This document shows, one piece after another, positions 26,872-35,430 of a stretch of 64,000 bases of DNA; the first letter of the stretch is position 1, and the number at the start of each line of letters is the position of its first letter. Position numbers and translations under genes: made by a program. The notes below the pieces were generated by a model. The model saw nothing but the letters and a program-made list of their open reading frames with translations. It had not been told where the DNA came from and ran no database searches. The stretch is from a bacterium (GTDB taxonomy: Bacteria; Patescibacteriota; Minisyncoccia; Phycocordibacterales; JBBTRF01). The stretch lies in the NCBI GenBank assembly GCA_037130265.1, contig JBAXTI010000001.1:98092-162091 (forward strand), written 5' to 3'.

Positions 26872-28302
26872 ATGAACGAACAAGTCAGTAAACCGCGAAT
26901 CACATTTTATGGCGGGGTGGGGGTGGTGACGGGCGCGAATTTTTTGCTGGAGACACTCGACTCAGCGACGGGTACTGCCGGCGTCTCTGCTGGCAAGCGC
27001 ATCCTTGTGGATTGCGGCCTCGAGCAAGGTTCGCCTGAATCATCGCGACGCAATCGCAAGGCTTTCGAATACGACCCCGCTGGCATTGATTTTCTTTTCA
27101 TTACCCACGCTCACCTTGACCATGTCGGACGCATCGGCAAGCTGGTGAAGGACGGTTTTCGCGGCGTTATCTATTCGACTCCTGAAACCAAAGCATTGGC
27201 GGAGCTCATCATGGAGGATGCCGTAGGTCTCCTTGCTCGCGAAGCACAGCGTGGCGGTGTGTTGCCGCTCTATGAGGCGAAGGATGTCGGGGAGGCGATT
27301 GGTATGTGGAAGACGATCGAGTATTACACACATTTCCCAGTGTGCGAAGGTGTGTCGGTGTACCTTCGTGATGCGGGACACATTCTCGGATCAGCGATGA
27401 TCGAATTCACCCTCGCTCTCGCTTCCGGCGAAAAGCGAAAGGTGCTGTTCACTGGCGATCTCGGCAACTCGCCGACACCACTATTGAAAGATACTGAGTC
27501 GATAGAGAATTCTGGCGCCGACTATCTCGTGATGGAGAGTGTGTATGGCGACCGCAATCATGAGCCGGTTGAGGAGCGCAAGGAAAAATTGAAGCGCGTG
27601 ATCAACGAAACGGTGGCGCGTCGCGGGGTGGTGGTGATCCCTGCATTTTCTGTCGAGCGTACGCAGGTGATTTTGTATGAGCTCAACAACATGGTGGATT
27701 GCGGGCAGATTCCAAGCGTGCCGGTCTATGTCGACTCACCATTGGCGATTAAGGTCACCGATATCTACAAAAAATCGACACGCTTTTTCAATCAGGCGGC
27801 GCAGGCTGATGCGAGTGAGGGCGATCATCAGCTATTCAATTTTCCACGCCTCAAATATGTGCCAACCAACGAAGCTTCTCGAGCGATCGAAAATATGCCT
27901 GGTCCAAAGGTGATCATTGCTGGTTCTGGTATGTCTGCTGGCGGGCGCGTGATTCGTCACGAGGCGGAATACTTGCCGGATGAAAAGAATACGATTTTAC
28001 TCGTGGGATATCAAAGTGTCGGCACACTTGGGCGCCAGCTCCTCGACGGACACAAGACGGTGCGGATCAACGAACGCGATATCCGCGTGAAGGCGCACAT
28101 CGAAACAATCTACGGCTACTCCTCACACAAGGACTCGGATCATCTTGTGGAATTTGTTGGCGAGACTGCGTCGTCGTTGAAGAAGGTGTTCGTGGCGATG
28201 GGGGAGCCGAAGGCGTCGCTCTTTTTGGTGCAGAAGTTGCGGGACAATGTTGGGGTGGATGCGGTGATGCCCGAGCGAGTGGTTGCATACGAAATTAAGT
28301 AA
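26872..28302 (+). CDS. Metallo-beta-lactamase fold beta-CASP ribonuclease (RNase J/CPSF-like)
   Basis: HAHLDHVGRIGKLV (HxHxDH), downstream D/H motifs, 476 aa. Confidence 0.8.
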   Translation: MNEQVSKPRITFYGGVGVVTGANFLLETLDSATGTAGVSAGKRILVDCGLEQGSPESSRRNRKAFEYDPAGIDFLFITHAHLDHVGRIGKLVKDGFRGVIYSTPETKALAELIMEDAVGLLAREAQRGGVLPLYEAKDVGEAIGMWKTIEYYTHFPVCEGVSVYLRDAGHILGSAMIEFTLALASGEKRKVLFTGDLGNSPTPLLKDTESIENSGADYLVMESVYGDRNHEPVEERKEKLKRVINETVARRGVVVIPAFSVERTQVILYELNNMVDCGQIPSVPVYVDSPLAIKVTDIYKKSTRFFNQAAQADASEGDHQLFNFPRLKYVPTNEASRAIENMPGPKVIIAGSGMSAGGRVIRHEAEYLPDEKNTILLVGYQSVGTLGRQLLDGHKTVRINERDIRVKAHIETIYGYSSHKDSDHLVEFVGETASSLKKVFVAMGEPKASLFLVQKLRDNVGVDAVMPERVVAYEIK

Positions 28303-28330
28303 ACAGTCTATATTCTCGATAGGTCAATAG

Positions 28331-29029
28331 TTATTCGCTCAATACGAATTCATAACAATAGCGGTCGCCTAGCACTCCGCAACTTTTTGCATTAGGAAAC
28401 TGTTCCATGAAGATTTCAGAGGCAGAATTTTCAAAAAATACTTTGAGATAGAAGATGGGTTTTTCGGAAATAATCGCTAATCTTTCCTGGTAACTTTTTC
28501 CATCGAGTGGATCTGTTGGAATTTTACTAATATTTTTTGGTTCAAGTTCGGATAGTGATTGTGGAAGGCGTCCATTGCTGTCAGAATATAAAATTGTTGC
28601 AAGGTTTAGGGTTTTTACATCTGATTTCCTCTTGTCGTCTCTTGTCTTCATCTGTAATCTCTGTTCAGCTTCATCTGCACTGGTTTCCTGTCCCTGTCGG
28701 ATCGATGTCGTTGAAGGGGTCATTGTTACTGCCTTGAAAATTACAGAGAGTAAAATGGTCCCAATGACACCAAACATAATTAATAACGTAAGCCAATTAG
28801 TCCACCTTGCTGCGGGCGGTAGTGGACTAATTGTGGACTCTGTTGCCATCTTTTTGTATCTAAGTATTCTGAATAAGATATATAAAAGGAAGACTGGTAT
28901 GGAGCCGAAGAAGACCAGAGTTGACCAAAGTCCGGGAATGACTGAAACACCCCGTGCTCTGAATTTTTTTGCATCTTGATGGACCCATGTTGCCAGGCAG
29001 ATGTTGATTATGAAGTAGAGTAGTTTCAT
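28331..29029 (-). CDS. Membrane protein (3 TM) with pseudopilin-like C-terminal domain
   Basis: TM N-terminus; C-terminus LATILYSDSNGRLPQSLSEL...IPTDPLDGKSYQ resembles the GspG/pilin globular domain, without a prepilin leader. Confidence 0.5.
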   Translation of the reverse strand: MKLLYFIINICLATWVHQDAKKFRARGVSVIPGLWSTLVFFGSIPVFLLYILFRILRYKKMATESTISPLPPAARWTNWLTLLIMFGVIGTILLSVIFKAVTMTPSTTSIRQGQETSADEAEQRLQMKTRDDKRKSDVKTLNLATILYSDSNGRLPQSLSELEPKNISKIPTDPLDGKSYQERLAIISEKPIFYLKVFFENSASEIFMEQFPNAKSCGVLGDRYCYEFVLSE

Positions 29030-29082
29030 GGTTTCTTGTATAAGTTGGTAGTCGCCTAATTATACACGCCAATGAATCAAAC

Positions 29083-29109
29083 AAAAAACCGCCTGATGGC
29101 GGTTTTTTT
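29083..29109. terminator. Bidirectional rho-independent terminator (A-run / ccgcc-tgat-ggcgg / T-run)
   Basis: Terminates the minus-strand infC-rpmI-rplT operon. Confidence 0.7.
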
Positions 29110-29125
29110 GTTTATTTTGTATTTC

Positions 29126-29470
29126 TTATTTAACTTGCGCAACTACTCGCTTGAAGGTCTCTGGATGAAACTCGGCGAGGTGTGCCATGATCTTTCGGTC
29201 GACTTCGATGTTCTGCTTCTTCATTGCGCCGATGAACTTGCTGTATGAAAGGCCCATAGGGTCGAGTGCGGCGTTCATCTTTACGATCCACAAGCGTCGC
29301 ATGACACCCTTCTTGTCTCGTCGGTGAGCGAAGGCGTAGGTACCAGCGTGAGCGATGGCCTCGTATGCCATCTTTTCCTTTGAACTTCGGCCAAATCGAT
29401 AACCCTTGACCTGCTTGAGGACATTCTTTCGGGTTTTAAGGGCATTTGTTGCTTTCTTTACGCGTACCAT
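29126..29470 (-). CDS. rplT: 50S ribosomal protein L20
   Basis: MVRVKKATNALKTRKNVLKQVKGYRFGRSS... Confidence 0.93.
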   Translation of the reverse strand: MVRVKKATNALKTRKNVLKQVKGYRFGRSSKEKMAYEAIAHAGTYAFAHRRDKKGVMRRLWIVKMNAALDPMGLSYSKFIGAMKKQNIEVDRKIMAHLAEFHPETFKRVVAQVK

Positions 29471-29527
29471 TGGGGTGTTGTTATGCTTGTGGGGATTTTA
29501 ATAAAGGGGTATTTCGTCTTTTCTCGA

Positions 29528-29728
29528 TTACCGTCCGAGAGCGGCATTGCCTCCGAGGAAGCGTGCGCGGGTCTTGTTGGTCATGATAATAGCACCCATG
29601 CGATTCTTCTTCATCTGAGAGCGTCGTCGCTCCTTGGCGTTGAAGTGGTTGTGGCCTTTGCCTCGAGCGAGCACTTTACCCGTCTTCGTGACTTTGAGGC
29701 GCTTAGTGTATGACTTGTTTGGTCGCAT
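29528..29728 (-). CDS. rpmI: 50S ribosomal protein L35
   Basis: 66 aa, very basic; KVTKTGKVLARGKGHNHFNAKE.. pattern; between infC and rplT. Confidence 0.85.
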   Translation of the reverse strand: MRPNKSYTKRLKVTKTGKVLARGKGHNHFNAKERRRSQMKKNRMGAIIMTNKTRARFLGGNAALGR

Positions 29729-29780
29729 GGGATTGGTATTAAAATTCGATGTTATTTTTTGGTTTGTGTTTGGCGTTTCG

Positions 29781-30416
29781 CTATTTCTTTTCGATGATGA
29801 CCGTGAGGCCCTTGAGCGCCTTCTTCGGCGGTTCGGCGATCGTGTACTCCTCGGTGATGAGCTTGAGGATGCGTTCGAGGCGCTCTTTGAGGAAGTTGAA
29901 TTCCATGTACTTCGAGCGGCCGGTGAGGAAGAGGTCGATTTTGATTCGATGTCCCTCCTTCAGCCATTCCGATGCCTTTTTTGCTTTCAATGCCAGATCG
30001 TGTTCGCCGGTGCCGATCTTCACTTGGACATTCTTCACTTCGATGACGTGGGCTTTCGCCTTGGCCGCCTTGAGCTTTTTGTTTTGATCGTACTGAAACT
30101 TTCCGTAGTCCATGATCTTCGCGATCGGCGGGACTGCATTCGGAGAGATTTCGATGAGATCAAGACCCGCTGCCAGGGCTTTGTCGAGGGCGTCCTTGAG
30201 GCTGATGACCCCAAAGTTTTCCCCGACAGGACCGATGACGCGTAGCTCCGCGACTCGAATTTGATGATTTATCCTGTGATTTACGGTGCTCACGATGTAT
30301 GAAGTAACCCAGCATTTATAGCACAATAGGCCTTTTTGTGCAATGTTTGGGCCGTCTGGATGGTTGTGAGGCGGGCGAGAAGCGGAATTTCTTATTTCGT
30401 CGCCAATTCTAGCCAT
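29781..30416 (-). CDS. infC: Translation initiation factor IF-3 (ORF extent; true start probably internal, e.g. GTG at 30293 giving about 170 aa, or a non-canonical start as in E. coli infC)
   Basis: IRVAELRVIGPVGENFGVISLKDALDKALAAGLDLIEISPNAVPPIAKIMDYGKFQYDQ. Confidence 0.88.
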   Translation of the reverse strand: MARIGDEIRNSASRPPHNHPDGPNIAQKGLLCYKCWVTSYIVSTVNHRINHQIRVAELRVIGPVGENFGVISLKDALDKALAAGLDLIEISPNAVPPIAKIMDYGKFQYDQNKKLKAAKAKAHVIEVKNVQVKIGTGEHDLALKAKKASEWLKEGHRIKIDLFLTGRSKYMEFNFLKERLERILKLITEEYTIAEPPKKALKGLTVIIEKK

Positions 30417-31408
30417 TTCATGAGGACGCCGAAGTCCTTCTCGCGATTGTCGGAGCCGAGGAGGATGAAGGCGACGCTACGTGAGCTTTTTTGGATGGGG
30501 AGTTGGAACAGGGAAATGAGCGTTTCGCCGGCCTCAGAGGTGAAGCCGGTTTTGCCGCCGAGGAAGCGAGGGTCGTTTGCGAAGAGGTTGATGTTTTGCA
30601 GGTCGCGGTAGGTGGGGGCATCGGTGGCGGAGTAGACGCTGGCGGCCTGGAAGCGATAAGGGTCGGAGCGCTCGGTGTCGAGCATTACCGTTTTCTCGTG
30701 CGTCTTGGTGATGGTGAGAATGTCCGGTGCGAGATCCTTGATACTTTTGGCGAGGAGGAGGAGGTCGTAAGCAGTAGAGCGATTCTGTGCTGAAAGGCCG
30801 GATGGGTCGGCGAAGTATGTGTGGGTCATGTCGAGGAGCGCAGCTTGGCGATTCATTTGGTCGACGAAGTATCCAACATTGCCGAGGCCGTCGTATATGC
30901 CGGCGATTTGGTCGGCTGCGACGTTGCTTGATTCCATGAGGAGCGGATAGAAGAGTTCTTGCACTGGCGATGGTGCGCCGTACTGATGTGCAGTGAGTGC
31001 AGTCACGAGTTTGGTGAGTGAGGCGATGGGAAGAGAGAGGGCGGGTTGGCGACTGATGAGGACTTGGCCAGTGTCGGCGTCGGCGACGAGGAAGGCGGTG
31101 GCGGAAATGTTTTGTGGGCGGGCGATTTTTTGGTCGAGCTTGATTGCTGGTTTTTCGAGCCAGGAGAGCTTGGGTTTGGCGGCGGAGTCGATGACGGATT
31201 GTGGGCCGCCGTTAGTCTTGGCGAGACGTTGACGAATGTTTTTTGTTTCTCGTTCGGTCTGTGCCGTCTGCGCGGCGGATCTCGGCGAGAAATGTGCGTA
31301 GGTGGAGCGGCCGAGGAGAATAGTGATCAATAGGAGGCCGCCCCATTTCAGAGTGAAGGCGAGGCCTTGGGTGTCGAGGGTGCGGGGCGGGGTGTAGAGA
31401 GGGTCCAC
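30392..31408 (-). CDS. D-alanyl-D-alanine carboxypeptidase (peptidase S11, PBP5/6-like)
   Basis: SxxK (IASLTKLV), SxN (MESSNVAAD), KTG (GGKTGFT) motifs; N-terminal signal/TM. Confidence 0.85.
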   Translation of the reverse strand: MDPLYTPPRTLDTQGLAFTLKWGGLLLITILLGRSTYAHFSPRSAAQTAQTERETKNIRQRLAKTNGGPQSVIDSAAKPKLSWLEKPAIKLDQKIARPQNISATAFLVADADTGQVLISRQPALSLPIASLTKLVTALTAHQYGAPSPVQELFYPLLMESSNVAADQIAGIYDGLGNVGYFVDQMNRQAALLDMTHTYFADPSGLSAQNRSTAYDLLLLAKSIKDLAPDILTITKTHEKTVMLDTERSDPYRFQAASVYSATDAPTYRDLQNINLFANDPRFLGGKTGFTSEAGETLISLFQLPIQKSSRSVAFILLGSDNREKDFGVLMKWLELATK

Positions 31409-31491
31409 GGGATAATGATAGCATGGGGAAGAATTTGAAAAATTGATAGAAAGACGTAGTGTTTTTTCTGCGAAGGTTTATAATTGTAGGA

Positions 31492-32322
31492 ATGTCAGAG
31501 CAAATTACCTCAACTGGCCACAATAAGGAGTTCGAGTCGATCAAAGAAATCGACGAAAACGGTATTGAGTTCTGGAGAGCCAGAAATCTATTTTCTTTGC
31601 TTGGGTATGCGACGTGGCAGGCTTTTGATGAGGTTGTTTTACGTGGTGCCAAAGCGGCCCTAAATAGCGGTCAGGTGGTGGAAAACCATTTTAGCCGGTT
31701 GACTAAAATGGTCGAGACAGGGTCTGGTGCTAGGCGAGAAGTTAAGGACTGGAAACTTGATCGCTATGCATGTTATTTGATCGCCCAGAATGGCGACTCA
31801 AAGATTCCGCAGATTGCCTTGGCTCAAACGTATTTTGCTATTCAGACACGAAGGCAGGAAATATTTGATACGTTGTCCGAAGCAGAGAAAAGGCTTTTTA
31901 TCCGCGGGGAGGTGGCTAGTGAAAACAAGAAATTGTTTAAGACCGCAAAGGAAGCGGGAGTTTCTCATTTTGGATTATTTAATGATGCCGGATACAAAGG
32001 TTTGTATGGTGCACCGCTCTCTGTTGTTGAGGCGAAGAAGGGTATTAAGAAAGGAGAATTATTAGATCGTGCTGGTGCGACAGAGCTTGCGGCTAATTTG
32101 TTTCGTATCACACAGACGGATGAAAAGCTGAAGAAGGGTGGTGTGAGGGGCGATGGTCCTGCCCAGAATGCCCATAACATGGTCGGCGGAAAGATTCGTC
32201 AGACGATAAAGGATATTGGTGGGGAATTGCCAGAAAATTTGAAGCCGGAGAAGCATATCAAAGAGGTTGAGAAAGATGTGAAGCAGTTAGGGAAAGGGAA
32301 GAAGCTTTTTGATAATAAATAA
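31492..32322 (+). CDS. dinD: DNA-damage-inducible protein D homolog (Bro-N/KilA-N-like N-terminus)
   Basis: Blocks RYACYLIAQNGD, TYFAIQTRRQE, EKRLFIRGE, GATELAANLFRITQTDEKLKK shared with E. coli DinD; ATG 31492 preceded by aggaa RBS. Confidence 0.8.
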   Translation: MSEQITSTGHNKEFESIKEIDENGIEFWRARNLFSLLGYATWQAFDEVVLRGAKAALNSGQVVENHFSRLTKMVETGSGARREVKDWKLDRYACYLIAQNGDSKIPQIALAQTYFAIQTRRQEIFDTLSEAEKRLFIRGEVASENKKLFKTAKEAGVSHFGLFNDAGYKGLYGAPLSVVEAKKGIKKGELLDRAGATELAANLFRITQTDEKLKKGGVRGDGPAQNAHNMVGGKIRQTIKDIGGELPENLKPEKHIKEVEKDVKQLGKGKKLFDNK

Positions 32323-32488
32323 TTGTACTCGTATGAAGATTCGTTCTAAAAAGCGTGCCATCGGAGCTGTTCTGTGGGCTCAAGCCGAGCCGACTGTACG
32401 AGGTGATTTGCGAGAGCTTGTGAAGTATCTAGCAGAGTAATTTTTTGGGCGGTTGAATGTCTTGAGGATGTGGTGTACTGTGGTGGAT

Positions 32489-32680
32489 ATGAGAAAGTTA
32501 TTGGTGTCGATGCTTCTGGTGGGGAGTTTAATCGGTTCCTTTGCGACGGGTATGGAGGCGAAAGCGAAGGCTTCGAACTATGGGCCGATGGCGCAGTGTC
32601 GAGATGGGACGTATAGCTATAGCATGAATCATCGCGGGACGTGTTCGTGGCATGGAGGGGTGAGGGTGTGGTTTAGGTAA
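32489..32680 (+). CDS. Small secreted DUF3761-like protein
   Basis: Signal peptide then CRDGTYSYSMNHRGTCSWHGGV, the DUF3761 signature (C.DGTYS.S.....GTCS.HGGV). Confidence 0.7.
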   Translation: MRKLLVSMLLVGSLIGSFATGMEAKAKASNYGPMAQCRDGTYSYSMNHRGTCSWHGGVRVWFR

Positions 32681-32687
32681 CAATGCT

Positions 32688-33506
32688 ATGAAGAAATTTC
32701 TTTCAATTTTGGTTTTGGTAGTGCTCGTGACCCCTCAGGTGGCGATGGCAGCTTGGTGGAATCCGTTTAGTTGGAGTGTGTTTCAGAAAAAGGAGGCGAA
32801 TGTGCAACAATTGGAGGTTCGAATCAAGGAGTTGGAAAAGAAGTTGGAGGCCGCTTCGACGACAGAGAAGGTTGTGGTTCCGAAGCCTGTTGTTGTGGAG
32901 AAAAAGAGTGTGAAGAAGGTGGTGCCGGTGGTTGAGGAAGAAGTTGCACCAGTGGTGCCGAAGACGTTTGTTTTGCCGAATGGGAGCGTTGTTGATGTAG
33001 CGGGGAATGTGGTGAGTGCGGCGCCAGTTAAAGACGATAAGACCATCGGTGAGGATTATTTTAATGAGCATAAGACTTGTGCCGGGTTGAGGGACGTTCA
33101 GCCTAATTCGTATTCATTCTGTGTTGATTATGCCCTTAATAAGGTGGACGTACCGGTCAGTAATTCGCAGAGTGTCCAGGGCGACAAGTTTACTGGCGAG
33201 AATTATTTCAAGGAACACAAAACCTGCGCAGGACTGAAAGATGTAAATGCTAACCAACATTCTTTTTGTATCAGTTATGCATTGAATGGTGACAATTCGT
33301 TTGATAGTAAGCAGTCGAGATTAAATGCTATAAATCTTAAGATCGCTAATCTTAATGCGAAATATGCTAAAGATCTTGCTGCCGCAAGAACGCAAGGAAG
33401 TAGTACTGATTATTCCGAAGGACTGATGAGATACATAAGTATTCAGTACAATATTGACTACGCAGCCTTAATGGCTGAATTCCAACAAATTCAATACAGC
33501 AATTAG
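32688..33506 (+). CDS. Secreted protein with two tandem about 45-aa Cys-containing repeats
   Basis: Signal peptide MKKFLSILVLVVLVTPQVAMA; repeats GEDYFNEHKTCAGLRDVQPNSYSFCVDYALN / GENYFKEHKTCAGLKDVNANQHSFCISYALN. Confidence 0.7.
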   Translation: MKKFLSILVLVVLVTPQVAMAAWWNPFSWSVFQKKEANVQQLEVRIKELEKKLEAASTTEKVVVPKPVVVEKKSVKKVVPVVEEEVAPVVPKTFVLPNGSVVDVAGNVVSAAPVKDDKTIGEDYFNEHKTCAGLRDVQPNSYSFCVDYALNKVDVPVSNSQSVQGDKFTGENYFKEHKTCAGLKDVNANQHSFCISYALNGDNSFDSKQSRLNAINLKIANLNAKYAKDLAAARTQGSSTDYSEGLMRYISIQYNIDYAALMAEFQQIQYSN

Positions 33507-33646
33507 TGGGGGAATTGGTCACAGGTTCTTTTTGCTCCGCAAAAATCCCCGCGACCCCGCCTCGCTCGGTGCAATTCGCTTCGCTCATATAGCACCGTCG
33601 CTCCGGCTTTCAATTCCTGCTTCCATGTTTCCAAACAAACAAAAAA

Positions 33647-33670
33647 GCATCCGGGGAGGATGCTTTTTTG
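33647..33670. terminator. Bidirectional terminator (A-run / gcatcc-gggga-ggatgc / T-run) serving the minus-strand tmRNA
   Basis: Hairpin flanked by A and T runs, immediately 3' of the tmRNA end. Confidence 0.7.
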
Positions 33671-33677
33671 TTTGTTG

Positions 33678-34069
33678 TGGAGATGGGAGGAATTGAACCC
33701 CCGTGCAGAAGAGTCTAGTGAATGGGTCTACGAAGGGTAGGGCGCTTCTATGTCTGCGGGGCAGACAATTCGCGTGTGCCGTTATGAAACGACCGAAAGG
33801 CGGCTCGCGCTATTCCCATGATCTCGAATCGGCGGCGGGACTCCGCTGATCCTATTCCACAAATATAGCGTCAGGACCGAACGGTGTGGAAACCATCCGG
33901 CTGGCGTCGCTTAGGCTTTAGCGTAAGCGAATGCAAAGTCGTTCGCACTTGCGTACGGAGACTTTACAGATCCAAGTTTTGCACTTAGAATTTTCAGCCT
34001 TTTTAAGAGTTACTGAAGCTCTCCTTCGCACATTCAAGAGATATTCTTCCGTCGATGCCTGGCATCCCC
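33678..34069 (-). ncRNA. ssrA: tmRNA (SsrA), about 392 nt
   Basis: Minus strand 5'-GGGGATGCCAGGCATCGACGG... and 3'-...GGGGGTTCAATTCCTCCCATCTCCAC (tRNA-like T-arm and acceptor); candidate tag ORF ...GCGAACGACTTTGCATTCGCTTACGCTAAAGCCTAA (ANDFAFAYAKA*); smpB immediately upstream. Confidence 0.85.
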
Positions 34070-34149
34070 GTATGAAAATCTGTTTGTGTGGAGCCGACTC
34101 GCATGTACACATCATCTTTTGTGATGTGGGCGCGGCGGCAATGTTGTTG

Positions 34150-34605
34150 TCAACGATCTCGGTACTCTCGGGCGACGTCGCGCGCAGACTGCTTCTTCTT
34201 CATCGATTCTCGCTTGTCGTGCTTCTTTTTGCCTTTCACGACGGCGATTTCTATCTTCAGTTTCCGACCCTTATTATACACCGAAACAGGCACTATTGTC
34301 AAACCCTGTTTCGACTCAATATTGGCCAATTCCTGAAGCTCTTTTTTACTCAGCAAGAGCTTGCGGATGCGAGCCTGATCAAAATCTTTTGGTGCGTTGA
34401 GGGGTTGAAAAGGCGGAATCTCGGTATTCATCAGAAAGGCCTCGCCACCGCGGATGGTGACGTAGCCGCCTTCGAGCTTGCCGAGCTTGGCGCGGACAGA
34501 CTTCACTTCGGTGCCGAGCAGCTCAATACCAGCCTCGTATTTCTCGAGGATTTCATAATCAAGGCCGATTTTTTTGTGCTGCAACAGCGCCATGGGTATC
34601 ATCAT
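34150..34605 (-). CDS. smpB: SsrA-binding protein
   Basis: GTEVKSVRAKLGKLEGGYVTIRGGEAFLMNTEIPPF...RKLLLSKKELQEL...GLTIVPVSVY...KGKKKHDKRE. Confidence 0.92.
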   Translation of the reverse strand: MMIPMALLQHKKIGLDYEILEKYEAGIELLGTEVKSVRAKLGKLEGGYVTIRGGEAFLMNTEIPPFQPLNAPKDFDQARIRKLLLSKKELQELANIESKQGLTIVPVSVYNKGRKLKIEIAVVKGKKKHDKRESMKKKQSARDVAREYRDR

Positions 34606-34732
34606 AGCATGGGGGAATGGGGTGGCCGCGCTTTACTTCGTCTCCAAAATATGGTATTTCTATAGCTAGTCTAGCAGTAGGGAAAAAAGCAATAAAATAA
34701 TAACCAGGAAAAAAGAAAGGGAACCACACTGT

Positions 34733-35323
34733 ATGAATGCAAGCCTGTTCCTCGCCACAAGTTTCGTGCTCGCGCTCCTCGGAATCCTCGCCTATACCAT
34801 TTGGTATCGGGAGAGCAAGCGCTTGATGCGCAAATGCAGAAACATCCTCCCGAGCGGTAGGGTGTGCGTTTGTGATCCTCGTCGGATTGGTCAAATCTAC
34901 CAAATGGTTCAGCCCTCCGGAACGGACCCGTTGTTTGATGGGACAAAGGTGCTTGCCCTGGTGCTTGCGCGTTGTCAGGTCACCGGTGATACGATAATCG
35001 CGAAGCATGAGCAGAAACATATCCATCCGATAAGTCGGCGATGGAAGATGTTCATGGAGCCAGTTGCTTACCGGCCAAATATTGAGTTTCTCCTCTCTGT
35101 TCGCGATCCTGTCACTGTTGTCCAGATGTTGGAGTTGATTAGGCTTTCCAATGGCAAGGATGCGACGACATTATTGGATGGCATCCTCCCGGATCCGCAG
35201 TCGGTGCCACAGCACTACATGGATCTTCGTGATGTTGTCGGTCGGCGACGCAAAGCTCGGCGCGATAAGGACGGAATAGGTCCATTAAAAAGCCCACGAC
35301 CGCTTCAAGGCCTCCTCGTATGA
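34733..35323 (+). CDS. Hypothetical protein with N-terminal TM helix (uncertain)
   Basis: 196-aa ORF between smpB and ftsH; competing antisense ORF overlaps smpB, so the plus ORF is preferred. Confidence 0.35.
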   Translation: MNASLFLATSFVLALLGILAYTIWYRESKRLMRKCRNILPSGRVCVCDPRRIGQIYQMVQPSGTDPLFDGTKVLALVLARCQVTGDTIIAKHEQKHIHPISRRWKMFMEPVAYRPNIEFLLSVRDPVTVVQMLELIRLSNGKDATTLLDGILPDPQSVPQHYMDLRDVVGRRRKARRDKDGIGPLKSPRPLQGLLV

Positions 35324-35430
35324 TCTGTTGCCCTCCCCTCAAACGCGTTCCTGTCATTGCACAGGGCCGCGTTTTTCTTTTTGGCGAGATTTTTTCTTCC
35401 TTTCTCCTCGAAAATCTGTATAATCACCCC

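Noticed and set aside
33931-34665. 244-aa plus-strand ORF
   Set aside because: Overlaps the minus-strand tmRNA gene and runs antisense through smpB; tmRNA and SmpB identifications are strong, so this ORF is spurious.
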